The notes below the pieces were generated by a model. It was not told the DNA's origin. It saw nothing but the letters and a program-made list of their open reading frames with translations, and did no database searches. A program made the position numbers and the translations under genes. Of a stretch of DNA of 64,000 bases, positions 51,419-60,085 are shown piece after piece; position 1 is the first letter of the stretch; each line of letters opens with the position of its first letter. Origin of the DNA: Oligoflexia bacterium (GTDB lineage Bacteria > Bdellovibrionota > UBA1018). The stretch covers positions 480,001 to 544,000 of the forward strand of contig CAVWVI010000003.1 in the NCBI GenBank assembly GCA_963758495.1. The letters run 5' to 3'.

Positions 51419-51571
51419 AATTCTACTTCTGGACCTACAAAAAAGTTGGCTGAGTTCTTGTTGGAGTAAGAAGATTTCTTTGTAACACGACGCACCACTA
51501 TCTCCATAAAATCTATTAACATAATTATTTTGAATCCCTCAATTTTCGTGCTAGATGCCTGCACTTGAACG

Positions 51572-51602
51572 TGAACTAAAAATACAGTTCATCCGCCGAT
51601 TA
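51572..51602 (+). promoter_or_regulatory. sigma28-like promoter overlapped by a palindrome
   Basis: TAAA (51577)-N14-GCCGATTA; TGAACT-N8-AGTTCA at 51572-51591. Confidence 0.55.
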
Positions 51603-51623
51603 TTTTAAAATAGGGGAATAATA

Positions 51624-52403
51624 ATGTTGAATAGAGGTATCTCTGCAGCAATTGCAGTAACTTGTCTTATGTCAGCTCAGACCGCCCGAGCTGAGAGTTT
51701 TTACTATCATGGCAGCACTATTGATGTGGCACCTCTCGCCGGTTCAGAGTGGGCTATCGCCCACAAGGGGCAGCTTCCGTATGAGAAGTGCTTCATCACT
51801 GCTCCCGACGGTTTAAATACTGATCGGACTGACGTTCTGGTTTATGGAGTATCTCACCTTCAAAGAACCGAAGACGAAGACAAGGCACCTCGCCTCGTTT
51901 GTTACTCTAGGACTTTGAAATTGGGATTTATGCTTCCCATCGGTCTGGACTCAACTGACCATGCAGGCCTACTAGCGCACATCATGATGGGAGAAGAAGT
52001 AAATGATAGCATGAGCGTCTCCAAATTGGACGGAAAGACTGTTTCAATGCTCTTTGGCAACTATAAAGGTTTTGAAGCCTCCCTTTCCGCGCTTTTCGGG
52101 TTCAGTGGCCAGATTATGACTAACCCTTACGGTGTAAAAATCAAAAATGCGCAGGGTCTCGCGTTTGCCATTGGTGTTTCGGCAGGATACGTTCAAACCA
52201 GCATCCTCAGACGAACCCACTATTACTCTATCGATGGTTCGAATCTACTCATGTTGGTTAATGGGACTGAACTTCCTCGAACAATGACGGATTGGTACAC
52301 GAGAGTAGAACATACCCATCCAAATGATCCTGTTCGCTTTCATATCGACACCACCGTGGATTATTCAAACTTGGATGACCTTCGATTCGTTAAAATTAAA
52401 TAA
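51624..52403 (+). CDS. Secreted hypothetical protein
   Basis: GGGG SD; signal peptide ending ARA; Gly-rich beta-hairpin segment (GNYKG...NPYGVKI...GVSAG). Confidence 0.7.
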   Translation: MLNRGISAAIAVTCLMSAQTARAESFYYHGSTIDVAPLAGSEWAIAHKGQLPYEKCFITAPDGLNTDRTDVLVYGVSHLQRTEDEDKAPRLVCYSRTLKLGFMLPIGLDSTDHAGLLAHIMMGEEVNDSMSVSKLDGKTVSMLFGNYKGFEASLSALFGFSGQIMTNPYGVKIKNAQGLAFAIGVSAGYVQTSILRRTHYYSIDGSNLLMLVNGTELPRTMTDWYTRVEHTHPNDPVRFHIDTTVDYSNLDDLRFVKIK

Positions 52404-52458
52404 TAAGTCAGACACCGCTTGGCTTGATATGAATGTTTTATAGTTAGATATGAATTAC

Positions 52459-52496
52459 TCATGAGTGTTTTATACCTTGATATACAACACTCATGA
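52459..52496. terminator. Inverted repeat between convergent genes
   Basis: TCATGAGTGTT ... AACACTCATGA, 11-bp perfect arms. Confidence 0.6.
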
Positions 52497-52532
52497 TTCT
52501 ATTAAAAATACGGAGTAATCGAACCGTCCTTA

Positions 52533-54155
52533 CTAGTGGAATATGAGCCGCACCCCAACGTGCGCGTAGCAGTTCGAAGGAACAACGTGGTCGCGAGACC
52601 CAGACCGCAGAAACCTCGCCTTATACGCAAAGGAACCGCCGCGGAGGACGCGACGCGGACCCCTATCGTAAAGATCGCTTGTCCAAGTATACACGTTCCC
52701 CCGAGCATCATAGATCCCTGCAATCGGTCGCTTCGATCTTACCTTCTGCACCTGACTTCCATCATACACTGCATAATTACCCAGCTCCCTCTCAGGAAAG
52801 GGATAAGGTCCAGCATGAATTTGTTTGTCAGCCCCAAGACGAGCCAGGTATTCCGCCTCGGCACTGCTGATCAACCTCGGGATTAACCTATTTCCGTTCA
52901 ATTTACTTTTTAGCTTTTCTACAAATGCATCCGCCTCATATGCAGTAATTCCGTTGGCGGGCAAATCCATCTCGCTTTCATCCCAGTTCTTAATCTTATA
53001 ACATCCTTGCAGCGCCGGTTTTCTACCCATGACCGCCATCCACTGACGCCGTGTAATATGCGTATCCATCGACTTAAATGAACCCACTGTCACTCTGTGT
53101 GGATACTCTTCCCAATTATATCGACCGGCTTCGCCTGCTGGTGTTCCCATATCGAACGTTCCACCGGGAAGCGCAACAGCATTGAGCCCCGCAATCCCTC
53201 CTATATTCTCGATCCTTCCTTCTACGACTCCTCCTGACGACGGTGTCTCCGCAACTACCTCCCCAGGAAGAGGAACTCGGGAAATCCCCCCAGCACTGGA
53301 ATCCAACCAATGAAACTCTTCAATCGCATTCAAGATGATATGATAACTACCCGAGGGCAACGCGGTCCTACAGAAAGGACATCTTTGATCCCTTGCAGAT
53401 CCCTCTTTTAAACATTTTTCACAAAAATCTTGGCCACAGCACGGCGTTGTCGCTGAATTGCCCGTATGCATGTTCCCATCGATAAGAACACTCTCCCCTA
53501 CAGTGCCCGGAGTCTCCAAACAAATCTTACAACTGGAGTCCATCGTCCGATAGGCAGATGCCTGATGATCCCACCGAGAATGTCCTTCCACTTCATGGGT
53601 GGTATCCAGTGCATCTCCCCAAGGAAAAAACTGATGCACTCGCGTAAGCTGATTCTTCAAGTTTGGCTGCTTAAATAAGCTCGCATTTCTACTTTCCTGA
53701 GCCAGCATTGCCGAGTCAAACTGAGGCGAATTGAGGATTCGCGCCATCACGTCTTTTCGATTATTTTGGGCCGCCAGAATAAAAGGGGTGGCCTGCCTTC
53801 CCTCATACTTAAGAGACACATCCAACTTAGCCCCCTTGTTCATGAGAAGCGCCACAATGTCGGCATTCCCTTTGGCCGCCGCCAGTCCCAACGGAAACCA
53901 CCCGTCCGAGCGCTTCTCGTTCAGATTGATCTTCGACATTTTTTCCGAATTCTCTAGAATCACCTTCGCGTGTTCGACCGTCTGTGCCTGTTCCTGCTCA
54001 GAACCTTGGCCTAGTTGGGTCAGGACAGTCATCAATTCTTCGTACTCCGGCCCCACCACTGCCTGCGCAGAAGTGCTCAATAGAAGTCCCAACACGAAGA
54101 TCCAGTTCTGGGCCCTGAAAGATTTGTGTTCGAATCGCATCAAGAAACGCGCCAT
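52533..54155 (-). CDS. Secreted ankyrin + RING finger + FGE-sulfatase (C-type lectin fold) protein
   Basis: Signal peptide ending AQA; ankyrins (PLGLAAAKGNADIVALLMNKGA, TPFILAA); RING CKIC...PCCGQDFCEKC...CPFCR; GGTFDMG...GNVYTW...RVLRGGSF...GVRL. Confidence 0.85.
   Translation of the reverse strand: MARFLMRFEHKSFRAQNWIFVLGLLLSTSAQAVVGPEYEELMTVLTQLGQGSEQEQAQTVEHAKVILENSEKMSKINLNEKRSDGWFPLGLAAAKGNADIVALLMNKGAKLDVSLKYEGRQATPFILAAQNNRKDVMARILNSPQFDSAMLAQESRNASLFKQPNLKNQLTRVHQFFPWGDALDTTHEVEGHSRWDHQASAYRTMDSSCKICLETPGTVGESVLIDGNMHTGNSATTPCCGQDFCEKCLKEGSARDQRCPFCRTALPSGSYHIILNAIEEFHWLDSSAGGISRVPLPGEVVAETPSSGGVVEGRIENIGGIAGLNAVALPGGTFDMGTPAGEAGRYNWEEYPHRVTVGSFKSMDTHITRRQWMAVMGRKPALQGCYKIKNWDESEMDLPANGITAYEADAFVEKLKSKLNGNRLIPRLISSAEAEYLARLGADKQIHAGPYPFPERELGNYAVYDGSQVQKVRSKRPIAGIYDARGNVYTWTSDLYDRGPRRVLRGGSFAYKARFLRSGSRDHVVPSNCYAHVGVRLIFH
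52545..52655 (-). other. Candidate DGR variable region (VR)
   Basis: 111 nt with only 10 A on the coding strand; no codon ends in A; the scaffold codons are A-free. Confidence 0.55.
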
Positions 54156-54176
54156 CTGTTATTATCTCCCCTTCTC

Positions 54177-54203
54177 TCATCGGCGATCCATTGAATTTCT
54201 TGA
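54177..54203 (-). promoter_or_regulatory. sigma28 promoter of the ankyrin-RING-CLec gene
   Basis: TCAA-N15-GCCGATGA, then SD AAGGGGAG and ATG. Confidence 0.75.
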
Positions 54204-54746
54204 CAAAAGGAAGAATTGAGTAGTGACGGAAGTCTATTGGGCCAAATCCATGGGTATAGAGAAATATAAATTCCCGACTTTGCTGTAGCGGCACATGGCT
54301 TTAGTATTTCTCCGGACGACGCTGGGCGCGTGCCGCAAACGGGAACATCTCCGAGGGGAGGGGGGCCGACTTATTGAGAAATTTTTCTGGCTGAGTGGGC
54401 TGATGATTATTCGGAATTGAGGTAAAAAACTATAAATCCTGCCTGCCGGTATCTGGCAACAGACAGGATCATGGGTTGATTTTATTTTTATGTACTTCAC
54501 ATCCAGGTCCCTTTGCTCTCGTACGCTCATTTTGAACACCTGTCTCTCCTTGTTGTAAGTAATTGGACTACTTAAAAAAACAAGAAGATTACAACACGCT
54601 TTAACGCAGGTAGGCCGTCAAATTCCCTTGGTAATTAAGTGCCGTCAAAATCACAATGGTAATCACAATGTAGGAAAGAATTATGTAGGGAGTGATTAAT
54701 TTTATCCTCTCTTCTTCCGAATAGCATTCAAGAGGGTTCCTGAGAC

Positions 54747-56738
54747 ATGGGTGATGTCCTTAAAAAATTCGGCCGATACTTCTTGCTCGACCAATTAGCG
54801 CAAGGTGGAATGGCAGAAATTTACCGTGCACGACTCGCTTCAGTTGGAGGAGCCGGTCGGCTGATGGTCATTAAGAGAATCCAAGCGGGGTATGGCAGTA
54901 ATTCAGAGTTCTTAGAAATGTTTAAATCTGAAATCAAAGTCACCATGGGATTCAATCACCCTAATATTGTCCAACTTTATGATTTCGGCGAAGAGCAAGA
55001 TCAACCCTATATTGCCATGGAATTGGTCGATGGAAAAAATCTCCGTCAATTTATGTCTCGATTTACAGAATCGCAACAAACTTTCCCCATTGAGTTAGCT
55101 ACTTTTATTATTGAACAATCAGCATCCGGACTCAATTATGCCCATAGCTTTAAGGATAAAATCACAGGTGAACCCTTCAATATTGTACATCGAGATATCA
55201 GTCCACAAAACATTCTCATTTCCTATGAGGGAAACGTAAAAGTCATTGATTTCGGAATTGCCAAGGCCACTACTAATAATGAAGCGACCCGCGCAGGTGT
55301 CATCAAAGGTAAACCGAGCTATCTTTCACCTGAACAAATTAGCGGAGAACCATTGGATGGTAGAAGTGATATTTTTGCATTAGGCGCGGTATTTTGGGAA
55401 ATACTCACAGGTAAAAAATTATTTGCGGGAGAAAATGACTTAGCTGTTCTTAAGCTCATTGAAAGCTGCCAAACTTATGTCAAACCTCCCTCGACTCTCA
55501 ATCCTAAAATTCCAAAAGAACTCGACTATATTGTATTAAAATCCCTCGCAAAACAAAGAGAGAAGCGTTACCAATCAGCGGAAGAGCTGCAACGCGCTCT
55601 TCATAAATTTCTATATAGCTTCATGAGTGAGTTCAACCCCTCTGATCTCTCTTATTACGCAAAAGATCTTTTCAAAAATGAAATTGTAGAAGATAGAAAA
55701 AAGATTCAAAAACTCAATGACAAGGTCGAACAACTCCTTGCTTCGAATCTGTCTCAATCCTCGATTGAAACCCCCAGTGAAGAGGGAACGAGCACAACAA
55801 AAGAAGATACGACAACCCTTGTAGAATCCCGTCCGCAAGGAAACCCAAGGCGTGAAGTATTCTCACTAGAAGAAGCAACCAACGGAAACATTGAAATAGA
55901 GATGTCTAGAAGCACATTTCCCTCGCCCTCATCATCTGTATCATCGTCTTCATCATCACCTTTATCTGGATCACCATCATCCAATCCGTCTAAGTCCTCA
56001 GCACCTAAGCAACGCTACTCATCGAATTCCACGAAGACTTATTCCCCCGTAGGGCGGTCTTTAATTGTAGGAGCTGCCGCTGTTCTCGCTGTTGCGATTT
56101 TGGGGCCTGATTATGGAATTAAAATTCCTATCCTTTCTGATTTGCTTACAACTGAAAAGAAAGTGGAGAAAAAAGTTTCGCTGCCTATTTCGAATGTAGA
56201 TAGAAGTGCAGCATCAACTCCATCCGATGGCTCGGGAGCTAACCTCAAAAATGTAAAAACACTCTTGCTCAAGCTCAATCTTTCACCCGCAGGCGGAGCA
56301 CCCGTCATTACTGTGAGAGAAAAACTCATTGGAGAAAAAATCTTAAACGCAAGCAAACCAGAGATTCAAGTTCCATTAGATTCACCTTTAGAAATCACAG
56401 TTGAGCGTTCAGGTTATAAATCATTCAAAAGACTCTCGGTTTTGAAGTCCGAAGAATACAATGGCCTTGCTGAGTATCAAATGGATATCCAGCAGGATCT
56501 AGACCCTCAGCATTTTGGCTTCTTATCCATTCACACCACCCCGAGTTCTGATGCAACCATTCTTTTGAATGGGAGCCCGTGGAAAAAGCAGACTCCTTTG
56601 GAAAACGAAAAATTCCCCGTCGGCACCTATAGTATTCATCTGACAAATGACGTTCTCGGAATGGAAAAAACAGTCTCCATCACGATTGATGAAGGCAAAG
56701 CGGTAAATATAGATACGCAGTTAGAAGTTAAAAACTAA
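54747..56738 (+). CDS. Membrane Ser/Thr protein kinase with PEGA-like C-terminus
   Basis: LAQGGMAEIY, IKR, HRDISPQN, DFG and YLSPEQ; Ser-rich linker, TM helix, TTPSSDATI...TPL...GTYSI. Confidence 0.95.
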   Translation: MGDVLKKFGRYFLLDQLAQGGMAEIYRARLASVGGAGRLMVIKRIQAGYGSNSEFLEMFKSEIKVTMGFNHPNIVQLYDFGEEQDQPYIAMELVDGKNLRQFMSRFTESQQTFPIELATFIIEQSASGLNYAHSFKDKITGEPFNIVHRDISPQNILISYEGNVKVIDFGIAKATTNNEATRAGVIKGKPSYLSPEQISGEPLDGRSDIFALGAVFWEILTGKKLFAGENDLAVLKLIESCQTYVKPPSTLNPKIPKELDYIVLKSLAKQREKRYQSAEELQRALHKFLYSFMSEFNPSDLSYYAKDLFKNEIVEDRKKIQKLNDKVEQLLASNLSQSSIETPSEEGTSTTKEDTTTLVESRPQGNPRREVFSLEEATNGNIEIEMSRSTFPSPSSSVSSSSSSPLSGSPSSNPSKSSAPKQRYSSNSTKTYSPVGRSLIVGAAAVLAVAILGPDYGIKIPILSDLLTTEKKVEKKVSLPISNVDRSAASTPSDGSGANLKNVKTLLLKLNLSPAGGAPVITVREKLIGEKILNASKPEIQVPLDSPLEITVERSGYKSFKRLSVLKSEEYNGLAEYQMDIQQDLDPQHFGFLSIHTTPSSDATILLNGSPWKKQTPLENEKFPVGTYSIHLTNDVLGMEKTVSITIDEGKAVNIDTQLEVKN

Positions 56739-56762
56739 ATTTTCATAACCGACTGATCCCAC

Positions 56763-58256
56763 TTATTCTAAAGGAGAGTGTGTCGCAAGATTCTGAAGCA
56801 ATTTAGGAATCAATCCTCCAAATCCGCCATTAGAAAGCACCGCAACTAGATCTCCTGCTTGGGATAATTTCGTAATCTCAGCAACGCCTTCTTCTACTGT
56901 CATCATTAAATAAGCTTTTTTTCCGGCTTGAATCAGATCGGATACTAACATTTCACTTGAAAATTGATCATCAAGAGGAATGCGGGTTTGATCATGAGGC
57001 TGAGAAATAAAAACTATATCAGATCCACTGAAAGCATCCGCATATTCTTTTTGAAATATTTTTCGCCTTGATGTAGCACTTCGAGGCTCAAAGACTGCTA
57101 CAAGTCTTCGTTTTGGATATTTTAACTGAAGCGCTCTAAGAGTCTCACGTACCGCGGTAGGATGATGAGCAAAGTCATCCATGACTAAAACCCCTCCCAC
57201 TTCTCCCCTGATTTCTTGTCGTCGCTTTACACCGCGAAAAGACTGAAACGCCTGACGAACTTGATGAGGATCTAACCCAAGCTCTCTACATTCAATCCAC
57301 GCAGCAAGTGCATTCAAGACATTATGCATACCTGGAACTTGAATCGTCAACTCATCGACAATCTGATTCTCGTCCAAGACCTCAAATCGTGTCAGACCTT
57401 CTTCAAACCGAACACGAGCCGGCGTAAATCTAGCATGAAATTGAGAAGAGCTCGCGTAAGAAAGAACTGACACTCCTGAATTCAAAATTAGATCCTTCAC
57501 ATTTGGATAATCAAAGCAGCAAATCACTCGTCCTCCGGGACGAATGCGAGATATTAAACCTTCGAAAGCATAAAGGACTGCACTTAAATCTGGATAAATA
57601 TCAGCATGATCATATTCTACTGAAGTAAGAATGACATCATCTGGAAGATAATGATTAAATTTTGGAACTTTGTCCCAAAAAGCAGTATCGTACTCATCCC
57701 CTTCTAAAACAAATAGCTTCTTGGATTCAATACTGGAAATATGAAAACTAAAGGGCAAATCATGTGAGACTCCACCTATAAAATAACTCGGATCCTGCTG
57801 ACACTGAATCAGGATGTGCGCAAGAAGACTAGAAGTTGTGGTTTTTCCATGGGTGCCCGCTACCACCAAATTTCTAGTTTCTTTAAGAAAGAGCTTCTCC
57901 ATGGCCTCAGGTAATGAGCTATAGGCATACCCGCCATCAATTGCAGCCCTTGCTTCGGGATTATTAGCCTGAATTACATTGCCAATAACAACAAGATCAG
58001 GGCGTCCATCAGAAGTATTGACCAGGCCATTTACCAGGCCATTTAAATGATCTGTATGGTAACCACTTAAAAGCTCAACACCCGCATTTTTCAATACGTC
58101 ACTCATAGGTGGGTAAACATTTTGGTCACTGCCAGTTACTTGAATTCCTCGGCGCTTTAAGTAAGCGGCAAAAGCGCCCATGAGTGTTCCACCGACACCC
58201 ACGATATGAACCTTTTTAAGAGCACTTAATTCTGGCAAATTCTTTTTTTGATCCAT
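56763..58256 (-). CDS. mpl: Murein peptide ligase
   Basis: GVGGTLMG, GSDQNVYPPMS, GTHGKTTT, EGDEYDTAF, DDFAHHP and FEPRS. Confidence 0.92.
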   Translation of the reverse strand: MDQKKNLPELSALKKVHIVGVGGTLMGAFAAYLKRRGIQVTGSDQNVYPPMSDVLKNAGVELLSGYHTDHLNGLVNGLVNTSDGRPDLVVIGNVIQANNPEARAAIDGGYAYSSLPEAMEKLFLKETRNLVVAGTHGKTTTSSLLAHILIQCQQDPSYFIGGVSHDLPFSFHISSIESKKLFVLEGDEYDTAFWDKVPKFNHYLPDDVILTSVEYDHADIYPDLSAVLYAFEGLISRIRPGGRVICCFDYPNVKDLILNSGVSVLSYASSSQFHARFTPARVRFEEGLTRFEVLDENQIVDELTIQVPGMHNVLNALAAWIECRELGLDPHQVRQAFQSFRGVKRRQEIRGEVGGVLVMDDFAHHPTAVRETLRALQLKYPKRRLVAVFEPRSATSRRKIFQKEYADAFSGSDIVFISQPHDQTRIPLDDQFSSEMLVSDLIQAGKKAYLMMTVEEGVAEITKLSQAGDLVAVLSNGGFGGLIPKLLQNLATHSPLE

Positions 58257-58267
58257 AAAACTCCATT

Positions 58268-59404
58268 TTATTTTAACTCCGCCCGAATTGCTTCATGAAA
58301 CCGAGGCCTGAACTCCTGAATCTTGATATTATCTCGCGACGGATGCACTCGATTGGAGAACAAAACAACAGCAAGTTCTGCCTCGCGATCAATCCATAAA
58401 GAAGTTCCAGTATAACCGGAATGTCCAACAGAATGACGGGAAAATCCCTTACCTACTGCAGGATGACTCCCTGATGGCGTATCCCAACCCAAAGTCCTTG
58501 TACATCCCGCAGGATGAGAAACTCGAGACCAAGCTTCATCTAAAACAGGGGAAGATAAGAATCCCATCATGAGACTTCGTGAAAAGTGGAGTACATCCCT
58601 AGCAGTCGCGAAAGCACCCGCATGTCCTCCATAGCCGCCCATCGCCCAACAATTATCATCGTGCACATAACCCTGTAAAACCCCGCCTCGCCACGAACAG
58701 TCCTCAGTTGCAGCAACAGCTTCATACACTTTTAAATTTGAAGCCTTTATAATACGTCGATAATAAGCACCTCGAATACCCATAGGCTGCCATAAAAACT
58801 TTTCAACTGCACGATCAAGTGGCATTTGTGTCACTTGCTCTAGAGCAAATCCCAAAAGTAAAAATGACAGGTCTGAATAGACCATTTGTTCACCAGGAGA
58901 GCCCACTGGAACACTGAGGAATATTAATTTTCTCATGCATTCCTGACGTTTCTCAATGCTCATAGTATAAAGAGGCATGGGTGCAAAATAATTACGGATT
59001 TGCTCCCATAATGGCTGCCATGCAACATATCCAGACGTATGAGAGAGCAAATGCCGAATCTCAACTTTGGGATAAGAATATTCGGGAAAGATGGAACTTA
59101 AGGAAGTATTCCAACCAATCCAGCCCCTCTCTACCAAAACAGCAGCAAGGGTGGCTGTGGCAAACACTTTGGTGACTGAGGCAAGGTCAAATGGAGTGTC
59201 TGGCATCATAGGGAGTACAGAAGGGGTAACTCTCCGATTTCCTATACTTGCTACCCAAAACTGTTGAGGGTCTTTCTTTCTCCAAAAACCAGCAACAAAT
59301 CCTGGGGCAACCCCTTCTTTTACGCCGGATTCTAAAACTTCCCAAGTCAAGGGGAAGCTCTGCTTTGACAATTCATTTTGAACGAGTTGAGTAGAGTCGA
59401 TCAT
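58268..59404 (-). CDS. Beta-lactamase-family serine hydrolase (AmiE-like)
   Basis: FDLASVTK (SxxK), YSD, VHDDN, GHAG and HSGYTG. Confidence 0.9.
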   Translation of the reverse strand: MIDSTQLVQNELSKQSFPLTWEVLESGVKEGVAPGFVAGFWRKKDPQQFWVASIGNRRVTPSVLPMMPDTPFDLASVTKVFATATLAAVLVERGWIGWNTSLSSIFPEYSYPKVEIRHLLSHTSGYVAWQPLWEQIRNYFAPMPLYTMSIEKRQECMRKLIFLSVPVGSPGEQMVYSDLSFLLLGFALEQVTQMPLDRAVEKFLWQPMGIRGAYYRRIIKASNLKVYEAVAATEDCSWRGGVLQGYVHDDNCWAMGGYGGHAGAFATARDVLHFSRSLMMGFLSSPVLDEAWSRVSHPAGCTRTLGWDTPSGSHPAVGKGFSRHSVGHSGYTGTSLWIDREAELAVVLFSNRVHPSRDNIKIQEFRPRFHEAIRAELK

Positions 59405-60078
59405 ATTTTACGTGCGGTAACCATCAGCATTTTAGAAAATGCTGGAAAAATTTTTCCTAGCCACGCTAAAGAAGTATCAATCCATTTTCCTCGTGACTCT
59501 AAATTGAGTACACCACAAATATCAACCACTTCGAAACCCGTTTGGTTACAGAGCTCACGAATTTTAGAAATATTAAAAACTCTTACATGTTCTCCAAAAT
59601 GGTCTTCTGGATAGGCACCCGTCATGGAGAGATATCCTCCTGAGATAATCCGAATTCGATTTTCAAGGCTATTGAGATTGGGGGTCGTAAATAAAAGAAC
59701 TCCCCCTTCTTTCAGCACTCGCCATGTTTCATCAAAAAAAAATTTAGTGTCATAAAGTTGCTCTAAAACTTCGCCTGCATTCACGAAATCAAATTTGGAA
59801 TTTTCAAAGGGTAAACCCTCTTCTACGTCCGCGATCTTAACACGAACGCCCCTTCGTTCAGCAACGGCTGCCGCTACAGGATTGACTTCAACGCCCCATA
59901 CTTCGTTATTTTGTTCTAATATCAATCGAGAAACCTTGCCCCCCAAGCAACCCACATCCAGCACCTTCTTGCCTCGACCAATCCGGGAAAGAACGTATTC
60001 CTTAAGCAAAGGAATCTGATATAAAGTATCTTCAGTGTCCAATCTATCGTACCGGGTCAGATATTCTCGCATTTGCAT
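59401..60078 (-). CDS. Class I SAM-dependent methyltransferase
   Basis: VLDVGCLGG, LPF...FD and RVLKEGG...TTPN. Confidence 0.9.
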   Translation of the reverse strand: MQMREYLTRYDRLDTEDTLYQIPLLKEYVLSRIGRGKKVLDVGCLGGKVSRLILEQNNEVWGVEVNPVAAAVAERRGVRVKIADVEEGLPFENSKFDFVNAGEVLEQLYDTKFFFDETWRVLKEGGVLLFTTPNLNSLENRIRIISGGYLSMTGAYPEDHFGEHVRVFNISKIRELCNQTGFEVVDICGVLNLESRGKWIDTSLAWLGKIFPAFSKMLMVTARKI

Positions 60079-60085
60079 AAATTTT

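Noticed and set aside
52510..52527. IMH-associated hairpin after the candidate VR
   Set aside because: Only a 4-bp stem (ACGG/CCGT) with a 10-nt loop; too weak to call.
54234..54539. 101-aa ORF and the overlapping ORF 53998-54294
   Set aside because: No recognisable motifs; one crosses the sigma28 promoter and the start of the real gene.
54156..54746. DGR template repeat, riboswitch or SRP RNA upstream of the CLec gene
   Set aside because: No AAC-rich copy of the VR and no recognisable c-di-GMP riboswitch or SRP core by eye.
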